64,000 nucleotides of DNA from Azolla caroliniana. Lineage: Eukaryota > Plantae > Polypodiophyta. Made by a program: the position numbers and the translations under genes. Position 1 is the stretch's first letter, and each line of letters opens with the position of its first letter. The notes under the pieces are model-generated. The model had not been told where the DNA came from, searched no databases, and was given only the letters and a program-made list of their open reading frames with translations. This document shows positions 1-11,362 of this stretch, piece after piece. The stretch is taken from contig JBHGNT010000016.1 in NCBI GenBank assembly GCA_043228905.1, positions 930,001 through 994,000 on the forward strand. Reading direction: 5' to 3'.

Positions 1-837
1 ATCCAAAATTCCGTTTTGTGAAACATCAATGTAGCTTGATATGTGGATTAAAAGACCGAAATGTATGGTATAATAAGAGTGATGATACAGAACGCCTGCA
101 ATAATGGCAATCATGCTACGTGAATTGAGTCAGGTAGGCAAATAAATGTTACGGTGGCTACTGAATTGGATTGTAAGGAGGCCACAATTGGTACATAATA
201 GATGAAGATGGGTCCTTAATATTGCACTATTACGTATACATGTAAATTTTTTATATCTTTGTAAACTGGCACAACTTACAGAAAATAATGAGCGTCTTTG
301 AAAAACTATCTAAAGCCTTGGCAGGTTTGTGTGGTTGGTTTATAACCGTGATTAATAGAACATATTATTTCAATGTGCAGTTCAATTTATTGTACTTTAA
401 CTTAGGGAGAAATTGGAATGGCTTGTTACAAAATCTGTTCCCAGATTATTTATGTACATTAGTGAGCAAACAATTACATCAAATATTGAAAAATGTATAT
501 ATATACATACACACAGAAGTGTGAAGACTGCAAATAGCAAGCCAAGGTTAATAGTAGAAAATATGAACGTGTGAACTTAGTCATTGTCTTACAATGGAGA
601 AAATCTTATTATTTGCTTGTTTCTGTGTATTGGGAGAAAGGAGGAGGGTTGGTAAAAATAGCAAATGAATGTGCTGCTTGGAAGATTAAATATTTAGGTG
701 CCAATAAAACTCCAAGAAGAATCCAACGATGTAGAAGGACCTGTATTTACGAAAAAGAGAAGCTGTAGCTGTAGGCCCCTTTCTCCACATGCTATGAGGT
801 TCTAGGATGTGGGATGGATGCAGAGAGGTCTAGGTGC

Positions 838-2067
838 TTAGCTGGAAGTGGCAGCTGGAGGTGATGGCGATGGTGATGGTGATGGTGATAGTGATGGTGC
901 AGTGGGTGGTTCTGTGATAGTAGTGATGGTGACTGGAGATGCCCTAACAGTTGTAGGTGGTGGTGTTACAGTGGTGATAGGTGTCGTGACGGTTGTAGGT
1001 GGTGGTGTTACGGTGGTGGTGATAGTTATCGGTGGCGTCGTGGCAGTTGTAGGTGGTGGTGTTACGGTGGTGATAGTTGTCGGTGGCGTCGTGGCAGTTG
1101 TAGGTGGTGGTGTTACAGTGGTGATAGGTGTCGTGACGGTTGTAGGTGGTGGTGTTACGGTGGTGATAGGTGTCGTGACGGTTGTAGGTGGTGGTGTTAC
1201 GGTGGTGATAGGTGTCGTGACGGTTGTAGGTGGTGGTGTTACGGTGGTGATAGGTGTCGTGACGGTTGTAGGTGGTGGTGTTACGGTGGTGATAGGTGTC
1301 GTGACGGTTGTAGGTGGTGGTGTTACGGTGGTGATAGGTGTCGCTACGGTTGTAGGTGGTGGTGTTACGGTGGTGATAGTTATCGGTGGCGTCGTGGCAG
1401 TTGTCGGTGGCGGTGCTACGGTGTTGATAGGTGTCGTGACGGTTGTAGGTGGTGGTGTTACGGTGGTGGTATGTGCTGATGCTGATGTGGTGGCCGGTGG
1501 TGGTGTTGCTGTTGTGGTGGTTGCCGGTGGCGGCGATGTCGACGTGCTGGTGGTCTCCGGTGGTGTCGTCGTGGTCGCCGGTGTCGCCGGTGTCGGTGTG
1601 GGCGTGGTGGTAGTGACAGTGATGCTTGGAGGTGTTGGTGGCTGGCTTTCAAGAGTGGCCACTTTTACAACTTCGGTGGTGGTGGTGGTGATAGTTGTTG
1701 ACGCTACTTTTACTGCGACAGCGTTAGGGTTAGCGTTGGGCTCGTCTTTGTGTGCAGGAGGAGGAGGAGGTAGATCCACAGTGGGAGTGGGAGTAGGAGT
1801 AGGAGTAGGAGTGGAGGTAGTGATGGAGGAGGACGGGGTTGTATGAACCTCACCATGACTAGTACTACTTTTACTACTACTAGTACTAGGTTCAGCCTCA
1901 ACCGTCCCTACTGCTGCTACTACTGCTACGTCTTCTTCTGGTGGTGGCGTTGGTAGCTCCAGATCTCTGGTTGCGACAGCTGTGGTGGCCGCCTCTTTGT
2001 CTTTCTCAAAAATATCAAAGAACTTCTTGAGCTTGGGCACAACTTTGTTCTTCCAGTAGTTGCCCAT
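838..2067 (-). CDS. PCaP/DREPP-type N-terminal (myristoylation/PIP-binding) peptide fused to a long Thr/Pro/Val-rich repeat tail, 409 aa
   Basis: ATG at 2067 begins MGNYWKNKVVPKLKKFF, closely resembling the PCaP1/PCaP2 N-terminus (MGYW.SKVVP..KKLFEK). It is a single open frame to TAA at 840-838. A TA-rich TATA-like run lies at ~2197-2208 upstream. The ORF-track start at 2088 is a TTG. Confidence 0.75.
   Translation of the reverse strand: MGNYWKNKVVPKLKKFFDIFEKDKEAATTAVATRDLELPTPPPEEDVAVVAAVGTVEAEPSTSSSKSSTSHGEVHTTPSSSITTSTPTPTPTPTPTVDLPPPPPAHKDEPNANPNAVAVKVASTTITTTTTEVVKVATLESQPPTPPSITVTTTTPTPTPATPATTTTPPETTSTSTSPPPATTTTATPPPATTSASAHTTTVTPPPTTVTTPINTVAPPPTTATTPPITITTVTPPPTTVATPITTVTPPPTTVTTPITTVTPPPTTVTTPITTVTPPPTTVTTPITTVTPPPTTVTTPITTVTPPPTTVTTPITTVTPPPTTATTPPTTITTVTPPPTTATTPPITITTTVTPPPTTVTTPITTVTPPPTTVRASPVTITTITEPPTAPSLSPSPSPSPSPPAATSS
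948..1470 (-). repeat. Coding tandem repeat, 42-bp unit encoding VTPPPTTVTTPITT, with 45/48-bp variants, ~12 copies
   Basis: Near-identical ggtggtggtgttacggtggtgataggtgtcgtgacggttgta units; all length variants are multiples of 3. Confidence 0.95.
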
Positions 2068-2645
2068 GTCGTGTAATGCCGCTGCCAAATCAATGTAACA
2101 GCAGGCTAATGTAAGAGCGATCAGGAAGAAGATGAAGAAGAGAATGGAATGGCTTCAAGAGTTTGTTGTCCTCAAATGCGGATTACAGATTTACTCATAT
2201 ATATATAACGAACCAGAAAGAGGGAGAGATAGGATCTTTTTCAGAGGTGTGAGGTGATGGATGGATGGATCACCAAGCTTCTTCTTCTACTACATGCTTC
2301 TCCAAAATTCTTCCAAGCAGAATAAAGAAAGCAAAGTGGACAGCTAATGTTAGGGTAGTGGTGGTGGTAGGGTTTGTGTGTGCGCGAGCCTGGCAAATCA
2401 ATCTGTCATACCCAGCCAGCCACGGCCAGACATGTCCCCGTTTTAATTCTTAATTTTATTATCTGCAATGCCCCCAACCACTACACTCTTTAACTATTAT
2501 TATTATTGTTATTATCTGCAGACTGTAATGCCCTCGGACACTCCCCTTCCTTGTTCGATCGATCTCATCTGCCCAGTGCTCGCCGTCCCTTATCTCTCAG
2601 TGTGAAACCGGTCATCACACCCCCAACCACAAATCTCCTCTTGCA

Positions 2646-3113
2646 TAACAATTGGCAACGACGGTTTGGTTCGAGAGTGTCAAAACCAAACCGGTTTAAA
2701 AAATTTGAAACTTGAACCGAACCGAACCTTGAAACCATTTAAACCGAACTCGTTTAAACCAAACCATTACAACAAATCCAAACCACTAAACCATCAAACC
2801 GTTAAAACCGTGGTCATGGTTCAATTTGGGTTTTCAAGTTTAGGGCAAAATTCAAATTTCCAATTTTAAGATTTTAAGATTTTTCATTATTTTAAACTTT
2901 AAAGATTTCTCCTAAAATGTGAGAATTATGCTTTAAAATGAAAAGGTTTAAAAAAATATTAAAAAAGAAATCAACTTCAACTTGTCATCCCTAGACCATC
3001 AAACCATTTTAATTGTTTGAACCGAACCGAACCTTTTAAATCGTTAAGCAGTTTTTATTAAGCCCCAGTTTTGTTGTTCAGTTCTGTTCAAACCGAACCA
3101 TTGCCAATTTTTA
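2646..3113. mobile_element. hAT-type MITE (non-autonomous)
   Basis: 13-bp TIRs TAACAATTGGCAA / TTGCCAATTTTTA (1 mismatch), 8-bp TSD CTCTTGCA (2638-2645) / CTCTCGCA (3114-3121), and many AAACC(G)/AACCG subterminal motifs. Confidence 0.8.
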
Positions 3114-3923
3114 CTCTCGCATACCAATAACCATCCCTCTTGCCTCTTTGGATATTACTACTCCAAGTGTGGATGACATGTTCCTAAGGGTTGTAGTATA
3201 TACTAAGAGCCTTGTCGAAACATAAACAACACCCACACACTAGTTCATACAACGTATGTACGCCCACGATTCATTAAACATCTTGTATTCATGAAGGCCA
3301 TATGGATGTCGAATTTACCTTAATTCAAGTAACTGTGATATTTCCCCGTCATATATATTTAGAGTATGTTGTCATCATATGTTTTGTGCGGGTAGGAGCA
3401 ATGGAGTCCATGACCTCATAGACAATAGTTTCTAATCTTACAAACTATCCTATATCTTTCTCTCTTACTCACATTAGAACCTTGCATGATTGTGTAATTT
3501 GGATTCACTTGTTAATGTGTGACAAGTCTGTATACGAACATTGAAAAGTGGGGAAATCCACCATGGTTTAACATAACTATTAAGACCAACAGAGGAAAAA
3601 CAGGTTTAAGGGAGAGCTTAAGACACAATGTACACGGGAGAGATAGAGAGGGAATAAACACACAGAAAAACTAAATTCAAAATAATGTGTAAAACTCTGT
3701 ACATAGCATGTGCTTAGGGAGCACTTTTATATAAGTTCATACGGACTAACAGAAGTATTGACACGTACTTCAATGCTCATAACTGAGCTCCTACACTAAC
3801 TCCCAAATATGTTCCCTCGCGGAATATCTGTTCAACGGCCTCCCGGTTTCCACACAAATCTGGCCTCTTGTTGTGTACCGGTTTACGCACCGATCCGGCC
3901 AATGTTGAGCTTATATCTCAACA

Positions 3924-4151
3924 AGATGTCATCTATACAATCCTATGTCTGGAACATATTTAGAATGATTACAAAATTTATTATGAGATGATTGGTGATC
4001 AAAATTCTCCTTAATCACCATAAATATTCCTACATGTTTGGAATATATAATGGATTGAGATGTCATCTATACAATCCTATGTCTGGAATATATTTAGAAT
4101 GATTCCCAAATATATTATGAGATGATTGGTGATCAAAATTCTCCTTAATCA
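3924..4151. repeat. Direct duplication of ~93 bp, period ~134 bp
   Basis: gatgtcatctatacaatcctatgtctggaa...gatcaaaattctccttaatca occurs at ~3924 and ~4058. Confidence 0.85.
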
Positions 4152-5195
4152 TGTCAGTTTATGAGTGAAAATATTTTCTTATAATGGAACTGTATCCTAG
4201 TGGTAAGAAACGCATGAAGTTCCTCGGAAATTCATGAACTCCTTCCATTCTTTGTAATATATCACAAAACATGAACTATTTCATGCCATGTAGGTGACCA
4301 GATAAGTATCTCTCTGACAATAGCCTTCTTCATGATAATAGTTCAAAAGTAGAAGATTTATATTTTACATGCCTTAGAATCTTCTTCTTTTAGGTTATTG
4401 TGAAAGACAAGCTAATAGAAGACATGATGGCGCAAAAACATTGAATATGGACACTCACATAGATCAAGATGAGGAGATTACATGAGACCTATGGACATAA
4501 TATAAATTTGTATTGAAATCTAACATTGGATATGGACACTCATATAGGTCAATAAGAGGAGATCACATGAGACATGTCAATATCATCTGAAATCAGGTTT
4601 ACATATATTCCATTTATGATGTAGGATAATAGAATTTCATGTACATCATGCTATTCTTAATAATCAAGGAGGAAATGATTCAAAATATACTCCTCGTCTC
4701 GCATGATATCATGTTGAAAGATGCTTCAATAGGCAAATGGAGGTTTGTTATTTCAATATAATCCATCTGGATCAACTTATTATAAAAGTTTATTATTTGT
4801 TATTATTATTATATAGATTGAATTTGCTATTATTATCATTATTGACAATTTGGAGGACACCATTTTCTTAGTATTTATCTTTTCTTTTTCTTTCTCTTGC
4901 ACGAACAACAAGATTATGTTAGAAAACAACCAATGTGTAATGGTGTTGGTTGGCAACGCACCATGCTTGCACACTTTGTCATGGGTACATGATGGTGATC
5001 ACGACCCACAACTTAGAAGCTTGCATTTGTATTTGTGTGAGAGATGATCCTATTTCTTATAGTCTCTTTAATATAAAACTTATAATTGTAGGTTTGAATT
5101 CTAAAATGCATGTAATATTTACCTGATCATATTCAAACGACTCCACGGATATAATTTGAGTTTCTAGAGAGAGAGAGAAAGAGAAGAGTGCTCAA

Positions 5196-5266
5196 ATGGA
5201 TGTAGCTCAGTTGGTAAGGTTGCCCAATGGAGACCCAATGGTCATGGGTTCAACCCCTACATTCCA
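5196..5266 (+). mobile_element. tRNA-derived SINE head / tRNA pseudogene
   Basis: A-box TAGCTCAGTTGGTA and B-box GGTTCAACCC at tRNA spacing. Degenerate acceptor stem (TGGATG...CATTCCA) and no intact anticodon arm. Confidence 0.6.
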
Positions 5267-5333
5267 TAGTGGCATCTAGTGAATTAAGAGATATGTGTGA
5301 ACTTTGAAGTATCTAATAGAGAGGTGAGAAAAT

Positions 5334-5394
5334 TGGGTTTCGAACCGAAGCCGTAGTGCTTGTAGTGTTGACAACTTACCACTAGGGTAAGCTA
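5334..5394 (-). mobile_element. Second tRNA-derived SINE-like head, opposite orientation
   Basis: Minus strand reads TAGCTTACCCTAGTGGTAAG...GGTTCGAAACCCA, i.e. an A-box-like motif and a canonical B-box. Confidence 0.45.
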
Positions 5395-6099
5395 ATTACG
5401 AAAAGAGAGAGAGACTATATCAATGGAATACCTTGAAGACAAATAACAATACACCACAATCCTTACGAATCCACTTCAAACAAATAAATAAGTGATGTTC
5501 ATATTGTTGTGGTTTTTTTTTGGCGTAGAGGTTTATGTTCGATGCGCACATTCTACAATGGGATCTAGAAAAACTGGGTACCACTAGGGAACAACCCATT
5601 GCCTACCTTGCAACACTAATTAGTTTCATGGAAATCGAAAGGCCCACATTCAATTCCTCTAGTTCAGACTAGTAAATGGATCAACGGAAAAAGAACATAA
5701 GCAAATAACTCTACCTTTATAACAAACTATCAAAATATCTAGACACAATGACAACATGATCCCCAATTCTCCGTTAACTCACATGAATTAGATTCTTGGC
5801 CCTCAAGAAAGATGCCTCCTAATAATCCAATAATTGTTACTCAAGACATAACTTAATTACTATGAGAACCCATATATGCCTCCTAATAATCCAATAATTA
5901 GTGAAAACTTGAGTAGAGATTCAAGACCCATAAATTTAAACCTAACTTGATTTTATTTTGAGACAGACAAGTCAAAATAAAAACTCTTGCTAATAATATC
6001 TTACTTAATTATGTAATGAGTAAGTTGGTTAAAAAAGTACGGGTATATTTTACCATTTTTTTAATTGCCAATTGTTATAACTTATTACCCGTGCCATTG

Positions 6100-7560
6100 G
6101 TAACACATTATAAATTGTTTGTTGAATGTTCCATGTTTAGTCACCATCAAACTTTACCTAGTCATGTATTATAAAGAAGGATTCATAAAGAGCTTATAAA
6201 CATTGAATGTTGATGGATTCCCAAAGCTTGGTAGTTGAGAAACCCCACTTATTTAACATGTGCTTAATGCTTTAAATGGTGTTTTTTCTACAATTCACAC
6301 ATCATGATTCATAAGTCTAATAGAATTATTTGTGGTGTGCAACATGGACATCATAGAAAAATCATAAAAACAGTGGAAGCCTAATGAGATTGATAATTGT
6401 GCATGTTCATACTTAAGTTTTGGTCACGAATATGATATAATAAAATCTAAGATTATAAACCTTCTTTAATATGACTATGTGGCATTATTGTAGGAAACCT
6501 CAATGTGAGGTGAAATCCAAAGAATGCTTAAGAGCACAAGTTGTTAATTGTAATTTGTAACTATCTAAAATTGTGGTGGTGAAGCCACCACGTGCATACA
6601 AGAAGTTTGAAGGGGAGTGCTCGAACAATTGGTTAAGAGTTTGTAGGACCCAATGAGGTAAGGCTAATGTGTCTATACAATATTTCTATACTTCTCTTAG
6701 TAGTAGGCAAAGATTTTGGTTATGAAACCCTAAAATTTTGGTGATTGTACAAAACCACAAAACGTATTCACAAGTTAGAATATTGCTATAGATAATCATC
6801 TTATAATTTTTTCCCATAGCAACTAGTAGGTCAAACCTACATGCACATTATCGAAAAATATGGAATATGACAAAGACTTCCTTTTCTAAACTATACCGAA
6901 CAAACCACATGAGCAAATGAAACTAATATCGGGGTCCAATGTAACTAAAATTGGATATTTAGTTAGGTAATATGTACACATATATTCAATGAGTCAATAT
7001 ATGCTAGTATAAGCATAATTGTCACGTGTTGCAATTGACGGTTGTCTTGCTTACATTTGTAGCACAACCCAGAACCTAGTGTTTTGTCACAATGTGTTCA
7101 AAGTAATATTGTGGGGAATAATGCCCATGATAGAAGTGGGCATCAAATTGTTTGCAAGAGGCTTGGTAGAAACTTCTAATGTAAATGGAAAAGCTTGTTC
7201 ATTTCCCCATTATTTTTCTTTTGTTTGACCAATTAATTTTTGTGAGGATAATGTATGAAAGAATCATTTGAGTAACTATATAGATGAAGCGAATGTAATT
7301 AAAAAGTATGAGTGCTAGTTGGAGATTGCAAAATGACTGCTTATACATATGACATTGAGAAAGTAACATCGTTTGGATGTAACCCTCTACAATGGTAGAA
7401 AATATTTAATTGCTTCACCATTTCTAGGTGGAGTTTTAAGAATTATCCTTTACGTCATCACATTTTACACACAATAGTTTGGTTAGTGTAGTTTACTTTG
7501 TGGTAGCAAATTGGAGATCTCAAGTAACTCTCTCTTAAATCTCATTATCTTCTTACTTTT
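6100..7560 (+). mobile_element. Highly degraded hAT-like transposase relic
   Basis: aaccctctacaatggtagaaa at ~7381 reads NPLQW*K, resembling the hAT dimerisation-domain motif (PL.WWK). The rest is full of stops and the boundaries are approximate. Confidence 0.3.
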
Positions 7561-8261
7561 TCTCTTTCCATGATGGATCTATAAAACAAAATTAGCTCTT
7601 CTTCTAAGTAAAAGCGTATGAACAATTTTGTGGGATTGTATGACAAAACCAAAGACAATCTTGCACTTTCCATAGCAAAATGTCAATGGGGCTTTTTGCA
7701 GTATAAGACATTCAGCAAGCATGGGAAATTTCTTGAACACATTAAGCATGTCATTTTGGAAATTCAATTCGAAAATGAAGAACATGAAGAGATGTACTAA
7801 GAACATTGAGCACAAATTGGTGGCAGCGAGGTCCTTGCGATTAGCAACCCATTTCTCTTTTTCTTTAATACAACAAGTTGTTGTTGAAGAAGAAAGTTCC
7901 AAGAAAACAATGGTTTAGTCATTTAAATGTATGTATGTGACCACACGGCTCCATTGTGAATGGCGTTCAAGATAGGACATGCCATTTCCTTTTCTAGCTA
8001 GGCGAGCCTTTCCAAAGGCAAATCGGCCACAATTAACAACACACTAGCATGACCTAATAAGAATATGTCTCAGTAGGGCAATTATGCACATCAAAGGAAC
8101 AAGTACCAACAAATATGCCAAGAAAATGTGGGCATACAATTGACAAGAATGACAAGACCTAAGGACGCCGCAAATCTCGATCAAGAAGTACCTACTTAGT
8201 AAATGCTTTCTCCTAACCACACCCATCCGATAAGGATACGATGGCGAGCAAATATGAAGGA

Positions 8262-8265
<4 letters not shown>

Positions 8266-8313
<48 letters not shown>
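8266..8313. repeat. (CA)n microsatellite
   Basis: Direct reading of the sequence. Confidence 0.95.
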
Positions 8314-8318
<5 letters not shown>

Positions 8319-9034
8319 ACTAGAGATGTAGTTTAAAGAGGGGCATTTTGAGAGTGTGGTGAAAATATGTGGGCATTTTGGGGAACTTATCTATCTTAGG
8401 TGGTTTCAAAGGGCTAGAATATGTATATGGAAGCCATTTACTTGGTGCTTGCTCAGAAAAGAGGTAATCTTGAAGGTCCTATGAACCTCCTCCCTGTAAT
8501 GCCAAAACCGGGGGAAGAACTATGGAAGTGTGAAGGTCATGCTTAAATATACTGTATAACAGTCTGGCCCGCTATCTATAGGTCCCATCCAAATTCTCCA
8601 TCTTGTTCAAAGAGAAGGGTAAAGAGCATATTTTAATCTTATTCATCACTAAGCTTTGTCACTATACATACCACCGGGCCATCTTCCTTGTAGCTAACCA
8701 TGGAACATTCACCATGGCATCCCATCTTACCATGGAACATCTATGATGGTTACTGTGTGGGAATCTCAACTATAAGGTTGCTGTGATTGTTTACAAGACC
8801 ACCATGGAATTTGTTGTCTATGAAGTGAATTTGCATTAGTTTTTTAGTCTCACTTTGTTCACTATTCCAAGTAGGTGCATTTCATCAATATAATTACGAA
8901 TGAGGAGCATCGATTTCGATACATTCGGTACAACTATACTTATTTTGTGTTGACATCATCGGGATGCTTAGTGTGGGAAGTTCACAACTGAAACCAAATA
9001 AATCAGTAAGTAAGTAAGTAAGTAAATAAATAAA

Positions 9035-9720
9035 TATATTGCCTGGAGCAAATGCAAGTAGGAGGATTTTTTCCTAACTCTACTTCTTGAAAGCTTGTTT
9101 TGGAGCAGAGTCTCTAACAAAAGGAGGGGAATTACATGGTGATATTGCAAAAGAAGGACTTGAAAAAGATCCTTTTCTTGGTACAGTAAATGTGGAGCAA
9201 TAATTGAAGTCCGAGAGCTTTTTGATGTATTATTGCTGGTTGGAGATGTGGTACAATGGACTGCCATGTTATTGGCCTATACTGAGCAGGATAAGAATGA
9301 GGATGCTATATAACTCTATCTTCAAATACTTGTGCAAGGCTTCTTACCTAATATGATGACGCTTTTTGGTATGTTGAAAGCATTTGGCAACATGGGAGAT
9401 ATACAGAAAGGGAACAACGTCCATGCTTAAATGTCCTGGTGGAACATGGAGGTAATAGAAACAAGTGCTCTTATTGAGATGTATGCAAAATGTGGAAGTA
9501 TGCTTGAAGCTCAACAAGTCTTTGCTATAAGACAAGCAAGAAGTCTTATTGAATGGACTAGTTTAATTCCGGGATGTGCTCGAAATGGAGAAACTGTGCA
9601 GAAAACATTTAGCACAATTATGGTTTCAAATATCGTCTCATGGAATGCACTCAAAAGAGGCTATAGAGACCATGTATATGCCAAGGAGGTGCAGTATTAG
9701 TTTTGAACAGATGCAAGACA
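9035..9720 (+). pseudogene. PLS-type PPR pseudogene fragment
   Basis: Motifs DVVQWTAMLLAYTEQ, SALIEMYAKCGSMLEAQQVF and NIVSWNAL, interrupted by stops and frameshifts. Weaker PPR-like remnants lie at ~8400-8545. Confidence 0.75.
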
Positions 9721-11261
9721 ATATATGTCTATTGTTTACTTTAATGGAGGATATTTTTTATGGAAAAATACACACACACACAGACATATATGTGTATACA
9801 TACATATATGATATCCATGTAAGTTATGGTCATGAGAGTCATCTTAAATTTGTGGATATTTTAAAGCAACCACCAAAGGTAACATGCTCGCCATTGCCCA
9901 CAAAAGAAATGCTTTCCGTTCAACACTCAATGCCACCATTGTATACACTAGGTGGCGTGCCATGTAAGGGGACACCTAGTTCACCACCAACCAAGTTCTA
10001 TCTTCAATCAACTAATGGTAGGTATAATTGGTGTGCACCTCAAGGATTGAGTTTGTGCTACAAATAACAAATTCCATGTTTCAATCTTCCACCAATTCTG
10101 CTAGCAACACAGATTATATGTATTGATCGCCCAATATGGTTACACTTGGATGGAGTACATGAAATTTGTTTTGAGTGCACAATCACAAATGCCAATGACC
10201 TACCTTATAAGTTGTGGCAATAGAATAACATTTTGCGCAACTACCTCACCTAGTTCATGATCATATGATTGGGCCCAAAAGGTTGTAATCCAACTCCTGT
10301 CAATACAATGTGCAATTATAATAAATTAGGGGTATTTTGGTGTCTTTCATTTGTGAAAAGACCTTACATCATTTGCTTGAGAAGGCATATACATAGCAAT
10401 AGGTCATGCATTGGTTCTAAAAAAATGGGAAATTCAATAATGCAGTCTTTAAAGAGTTCCCCCCCCACGTACTAAGTACATTCATTGTATACAGTTTCTT
10501 GAATCTTCTAACAGTCAGGAATAACTCTATGACAACCTAGGATCTCTATCTCCTAGGTGAACACCCCTACCACTAGCAAGTCATTAGTTTTTCACACCCC
10601 CTATAGCTAACAAAGAGTGTTGTAGGTGCGTTTAGGCTTTAATCCGGGTTTGACAGTGCACATATTCGAAATCAAACTTTCAGAAAGGATACTTTCAACA
10701 TGACATGTCATCAGCCAATGTGCCCAAATTACTTTAAATATAAAGAGAAAAAACCACACATCTGGTTGCTATTCTATATATATATATATATATATATGCC
10801 CAGATCTGGCAGATTCATGGACCCTACTAACTTTAATGGCCCCTTTACTATGTATATATAGGTAGACCGCCTGCACATTCGTATTCATACGGTGAATGGA
10901 TAGTGGGAGGGTTTTAAATTATGCTCCGCATAATTGAGGATCCGCTTTCCTCATTCTCTTATTCCTTACACAAAACTCTCAATTACCACTCTACATCGTA
11001 ATACTCAAGACCCTTATGTGCAGTGCCTCTTTCTCTATTTACCAGGTAGAATCACCGACATTAACTGTAGCTTGATTTTAAATTAACATCATTAACACGA
11101 TGCATTCAGCCCCCCTCTAGTTAATTTTGCTCACAAACTTAAACACATCCTTTGTTTATATAGCATCATGGTTATCTCTAAGTTTAATGAGTTCAAACAT
11201 TATTAACCTATGAGATGACATTAATTTAAGGCATGATCGTTAGATACAGTAATCAATAACA

Positions 11262-11362
11262 TAAGTGGGACCATAGATAATAAACCCTAATCAATAGCAT
11301 AGAGGGACCGTATATAGTAAACCCTAATCAATCACATAGAGGGACCACAGATAATAAACCCA
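11262..11362. repeat. ~37-bp tandem repeat, ~2.7 copies
   Basis: gggacc(a/g)tagataataaaccctaatcaat..cataga repeated; it contains AAACCCTAA. Confidence 0.8.

Noticed and set aside
848-1846. 332-aa Val/Gly-rich ORF on the + strand
   Set aside because: It is the antisense shadow of the Thr/Pro repeat gene. It has a GTG start and the repeat simply lacks stops in that frame.
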